Source of the DNA: a virus
Taxonomy: Duplodnaviria; Caudoviricetes
Strand: one strand, 5' to 3'
IMG/VR virus record: IMGVR_UViG_3300005058_000013
Location: 1 to 38,430 of that record
Length of the DNA stretch: 38,430 bases
Positions within the stretch are counted from its first letter, which is position 1, and each line of letters begins with the position of its first letter. The position numbers and the translations under genes were made by a program. This document shows, piece by piece, positions 35,457-38,430 of the stretch. Under the pieces are notes generated by a model. The model was not told where the DNA came from and did not search any database. It saw only the letters and a program-made list of their open reading frames with translations.

Positions 35457-35636
35457 TCACTTTAGAAACTCTGCAATATCGTCCCACTCGGTCTGAGCGC
35501 CGTTAGATTCTTGATACCCCAGGTTGATAGCAATCAATTCGCGCTCGGTAGCATTCAGGTACTCTTCTCGGCTGAGTCCGCACTGGCATCGGTAGAAGCT
35601 GTATTCTGCTCCATAATCGCGGCCTGAGCCTTTTTT
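35457..35636 (-). CDS. Tail assembly chaperone, -1 frameshift extension (gpGT-like)
   Basis: Slippery A AAA AAG (35636-35630); the -1 frame reads GSGRDYGAEYSFYRCQCGLSREEYLNATERELIAINLGY...EFLK and stops at 35457, just before the TMP start. Confidence 0.8.
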   Translation of the reverse strand, partial: KKGSGRDYGAEYSFYRCQCGLSREEYLNATERELIAINLGYQESNGAQTEWDDIAEFLK

Positions 35637-36016
35637 TTTGCCTGCGCAGCCAGAACTTCCAGTTTGTCAATCTGCTCTTCCGTCAACCTGGCGTTCGTGA
35701 TTGCAACAAACGCTGCAGAGCAGTAATCGTCAAACCGCTTTAGGTCCAACATATCAATAAAATCTTCCTTGCTCGGAAATTCCTTTGCGAGCATGGCGTG
35801 CAGCACATTGATCAGGTCGGCCGCTTTCACGCCGGTTAGCATCGATTCGATGACTTTATTTACGCGTGTCGGGGTTTCAATGGTCTTCCCGTCGACGGTG
35901 ATATCCGGATAATCACGCTCAAGCCGCAATACGGCGCGCGTGTTGTATACCAATTCATATTCTTTTCCTTCAATGGTAATCTTCGGCTCAACAGGAAACA
36001 GCTCACTTAGTTTCAT
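35555..36016 (-). CDS. Tail assembly chaperone (gpG-like)
   Basis: Between tail tube and TMP genes; ITIEGKEYELVYN..A...LE pattern; AGGAGG RBS. Confidence 0.85.
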   Translation of the reverse strand: MKLSELFPVEPKITIEGKEYELVYNTRAVLRLERDYPDITVDGKTIETPTRVNKVIESMLTGVKAADLINVLHAMLAKEFPSKEDFIDMLDLKRFDDYCSAAFVAITNARLTEEQIDKLEVLAAQAKKKAQAAIMEQNTASTDASADSAEKST

Positions 36017-36038
36017 ACAACTATCCTCCTAAACATAA

Positions 36039-36062
36039 GGAGGGACGATTCCTCGTCCCTCC
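36039..36062 (-). terminator. Hairpin/terminator after the tail tube gene
   Basis: Perfect 10-bp stem GGAGGGACGA/TCGTCCCTCC followed by TTATGTTT. Confidence 0.6.
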
Positions 36063-36089
36063 ACGTCTGATTTTGTATTGCCGGATAAA

Positions 36090-37016
36090 TTAGGTTGGCA
36101 ACTGCCCTGCCGTTGTATTGGCGGAAGTGGCTGCAGGCGTCAGGCCTGCGCAAGTGCCGTTGGTGGACGCGATATTGAGAGTCGCGTCGTTTGCCGCCGC
36201 CGCTTTCGCGGTCAAAATGAGGTTTGCTCCGCTCGCAGCAACATCATACAGCGCGGTAACCGCTGCATCAGCGCCGATAACTTCAGCTGCCTTGAGAGCT
36301 ACAACAGCAGCCGAATCACCAAGCGCCACCGGTACAGAGATAGCTTTCGGGCTGCCGGTGATGCCAGAACCGGTTACGGTGAACGTAGCGTTGCCGGCAG
36401 TGGTAATCGTACCGACTACGGTCGCGGTTTCAACCTGTTTGACGGCGCCAGCGCCAAAAGAAACAGCTCCGGATGAGTAGATCAGTTTGCGATACGGAGC
36501 CACAACGCCTTCGATCGTTCCCAGGCAGGCAAGAGCTTTGCCCTTGAACGAGCTGTTGGCGTATCCTTCGCCGACCATATCATAGGTTAATGTGCCGCGG
36601 ACTTTGTAAATCTGCACGCCAACCTGCTTGACGCCATTGGTTCCCTTTTTCGATTTGCAACGAATTTGGAAATAGTTGCTGATATCATCGCCGGATTCAA
36701 TGATACTGTTGGTTTCCGGAGACCCTGGGGCGTTGACAGGCGTCTGAGTCCCTCCGATCGCTGCAATAACATCCATCGAAACTCTTTCGTTGTCCCACGA
36801 TACGTCCAGATACTGAAACACCTCTTCAGTGTCCAGCACCTTTTCATCGCCGCGCGATTCGGCTTCCTTTACGTTTTTCGCCATTTTCAGCGATTTGATT
36901 CCAGGTGCGGCAATTGCCGCATCAAATGTCGGCGCCTGTCCAGCGACATCGGAAAGCAATTTTAAGATTTCCAGATCTTTAACGCCAAAGATCCCTGAGT
37001 CTTTTGGTAGCGTCAT
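36090..37016 (-). CDS. Major tail (tube) protein with C-terminal Ala/Thr-rich accessory domain
   Basis: FGV..L.I..L..D, PG.K.L, RGD pattern; extra ~115-aa domain from KQVETATVVGTIT; AGGAGGAG RBS. Confidence 0.8.
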   Translation of the reverse strand: MTLPKDSGIFGVKDLEILKLLSDVAGQAPTFDAAIAAPGIKSLKMAKNVKEAESRGDEKVLDTEEVFQYLDVSWDNERVSMDVIAAIGGTQTPVNAPGSPETNSIIESGDDISNYFQIRCKSKKGTNGVKQVGVQIYKVRGTLTYDMVGEGYANSSFKGKALACLGTIEGVVAPYRKLIYSSGAVSFGAGAVKQVETATVVGTITTAGNATFTVTGSGITGSPKAISVPVALGDSAAVVALKAAEVIGADAAVTALYDVAASGANLILTAKAAAANDATLNIASTNGTCAGLTPAATSANTTAGQLPT

Positions 37017-37043
37017 AGTTTCACTCCTCCTTCTTGTAGCATG

Positions 37044-37066
37044 AAAAAAGAGCCTTGCGGCTCTTT
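37044..37066 (-). terminator. Rho-independent terminator
   Basis: AAAGAGCC-GCAA-GGCTCTTT stem running into a T-tract. Confidence 0.7.
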
Positions 37067-37080
37067 ACTGCAAATTGTAT

Positions 37081-37443
37081 TTACGATTGTATCCGGTATC
37101 TGAGCACCTTGTGAAATATCAGCGTATCCTGCTCGAACAGGTCCGGGCCATGCTCTGCCGTCACGATCCAGTCCAGCGTGTTCATCGCCGCGTCGATCGC
37201 GAGTTCCATATCTTCCGTCGCCAGCATGGTCTTAGCAAAACAGTCGATCGAGTATAGTTCGTCGACTCGTTCCGACATTTTCCCGTCTGCCTGGCCACGC
37301 TGGGCAAATACCCGATAAAAACAGCAACATGGCAGCTGCGCCTGCTTGGGAATCCATCCTGGGTGAATGTTCGTCCCGACTATCGCGCCCAATGCAGCCG
37401 AGGCTTTTAACGCATTGTTGATATCGATCTTGACGTTCTTCAC
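37081..37443 (-). CDS. Tail terminator/completion protein
   Basis: 120 aa upstream of tail tube; P.....P, SIDCF, ID..M, DL.E.DT...HKVLRY pattern. Confidence 0.8.
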   Translation of the reverse strand: MKNVKIDINNALKASAALGAIVGTNIHPGWIPKQAQLPCCCFYRVFAQRGQADGKMSERVDELYSIDCFAKTMLATEDMELAIDAAMNTLDWIVTAEHGPDLFEQDTLIFHKVLRYRIQS

Positions 37444-37841
37444 TCCGGACGCACCGCCTTAATTACCTGCTGCGCACGCTTTACGCAAGCCGCAACGGTT
37501 TTGTTGAGGTTCTCCTGGTTTGCCTTGACTGCTGGATTAAGATACGGATAAGCTGCGGAATGAGATGTTCCATATTCAACGTGGGGAGCGTATTCTTCTC
37601 CCGCCTGCACATATCCTGTCACTTCATCGCCATCAATCTTGGGTGGCAGTTCGTGAATCGACGCTTCAAGGTTTCCGGTCTGGTTTTGGAACGGGTGTGT
37701 AGCTTTAGCATACTCCGCTATTTCTTTACTGACAACGGCAACTCCTGCCGCCGCAACAATCGATCTGGTGCTATTTTTGCACACATCGATGTTCCGAAGT
37801 AGGTCATTTACACCTTTGACCTTTACTTCAATCTTGGCCAT
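37440..37841 (-). CDS. HK97 gp10-like neck protein
   Basis: AK...P...TGNL.ASI, EYAPHVEYGT....A.PYL.PA. Confidence 0.88.
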   Translation of the reverse strand: MAKIEVKVKGVNDLLRNIDVCKNSTRSIVAAAGVAVVSKEIAEYAKATHPFQNQTGNLEASIHELPPKIDGDEVTGYVQAGEEYAPHVEYGTSHSAAYPYLNPAVKANQENLNKTVAACVKRAQQVIKAVRPE

Positions 37842-37842
37842 G

Positions 37843-38145
37843 CTACACCTCCCGCAGAATGGCTTCCGTGTGCGTTCCCCATTCTTGTCGGTACTGCACA
37901 ATATAGGTTTTCGTCCCGTCCACCAACTGGTCGTTTATCGCAACTAGGCCGGGCGTTTCGATAAACGCCTTATGGGTACTGGTATCGACAATACCCATGA
38001 CGCCCCTGGCAGCATTGGCCGTGAGTGGCCATATCTCCCCGCGGACAGTCGACGAACCGGCGTATGAATTAACCGGCTCGCCAATTTCGTTTTCCGTTGC
38101 TGTCGGCTTCTTAATCGTCAGCGGCCGGCTGTATGGGAACCTCAT
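37843..38145 (-). CDS. Head closure/head-tail adaptor protein
   Basis: 100 aa; NEIGEP, TH..F, D..VDG..Y.V, HTE..L pattern and synteny. Confidence 0.75.
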   Translation of the reverse strand: MRFPYSRPLTIKKPTATENEIGEPVNSYAGSSTVRGEIWPLTANAARGVMGIVDTSTHKAFIETPGLVAINDQLVDGTKTYIVQYRQEWGTHTEAILREV

Positions 38146-38417
38146 CGCAAACTCACCATCCCTGCTGTAGCGAACTGCCGGCGGATTCTCATAAAATCGG
38201 GGCGGGTCATGGAGACGCCGCCCCTGGACATGCTGTTGAATTCGGTCGTTGCCGCAGAAGTCAAAGCATCATAGATCGCACCACGTATATCGACCGTCGA
38301 CACGGTATCGACAACAGTGGTGCGATCATCAACAAATGCCTGCAGTTCTTCATCGGTGAAGCAGTCACCCAGCACATGGCAGAGCCGCTTCATCTTTTGA
38401 ATATTCGTTTCAGCCAT
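38142..38417 (-). CDS. Head-tail connector-like protein
   Basis: 91 aa; FTDEELQAF.D and S.S.GGVS motifs; first neck gene; GGAG RBS. Confidence 0.65.
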   Translation of the reverse strand: MAETNIQKMKRLCHVLGDCFTDEELQAFVDDRTTVVDTVSTVDIRGAIYDALTSAATTEFNSMSRGGVSMTRPDFMRIRRQFATAGMVSLR

Positions 38418-38430
38418 GCGCTGTCACTCC

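Noticed and set aside
1..38430. Genome-wide stop-codon reassignment suggested by the Trp-like tRNA
   Set aside because: Core genes are intact under the standard code and many end in TGA with ATGA/GTGA coupling; only one small ORF has an internal TGA

Overview
The window is an almost complete, circularly permuted siphovirus-type phage genome. Essentially all genes are on the minus strand. The host is probably a diderm Firmicute (Negativicutes-like); this is inferred from the protein types and is not proven. Reading the minus strand from 38430 down: head-tail connectors, tail (tube protein, frameshifting chaperone, tape measure, lambda M/L/K/I-J-like tip, fibre), a multi-enzyme lysis cassette, then early/recombination/replication genes (XRE regulator, SbcD/SbcC, PcfK/PcfJ, DUF3102, DUF1376-DnaD initiator, G39P-like loader, RusA), a late activator, terminases, portal, minor head protein, scaffold and major capsid protein. 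The most striking feature lies where the lysogeny module should be (about 21770-22390). There is no recognisable integrase or repressor anywhere in the window. Instead there is a piece of host chromosome: a tRNA 3'-end att-like remnant, a complete tRNA-Gly(GCC) unit, and the promoter plus first ~59 codons of trigger factor, fused in frame to the tail of a phage early gene. A host housekeeping promoter therefore points straight into the phage early operon. Other oddities: a tRNA-Trp(CCA)-like element with a long variable arm, two antisense promoter/hairpin small-RNA units, a 102-bp basic homopolymer-rich in-frame extension at the start of the tail-tip gene, and a candidate non-canonical spanin. 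All product calls come from motif recognition by eye; no database searches were run.
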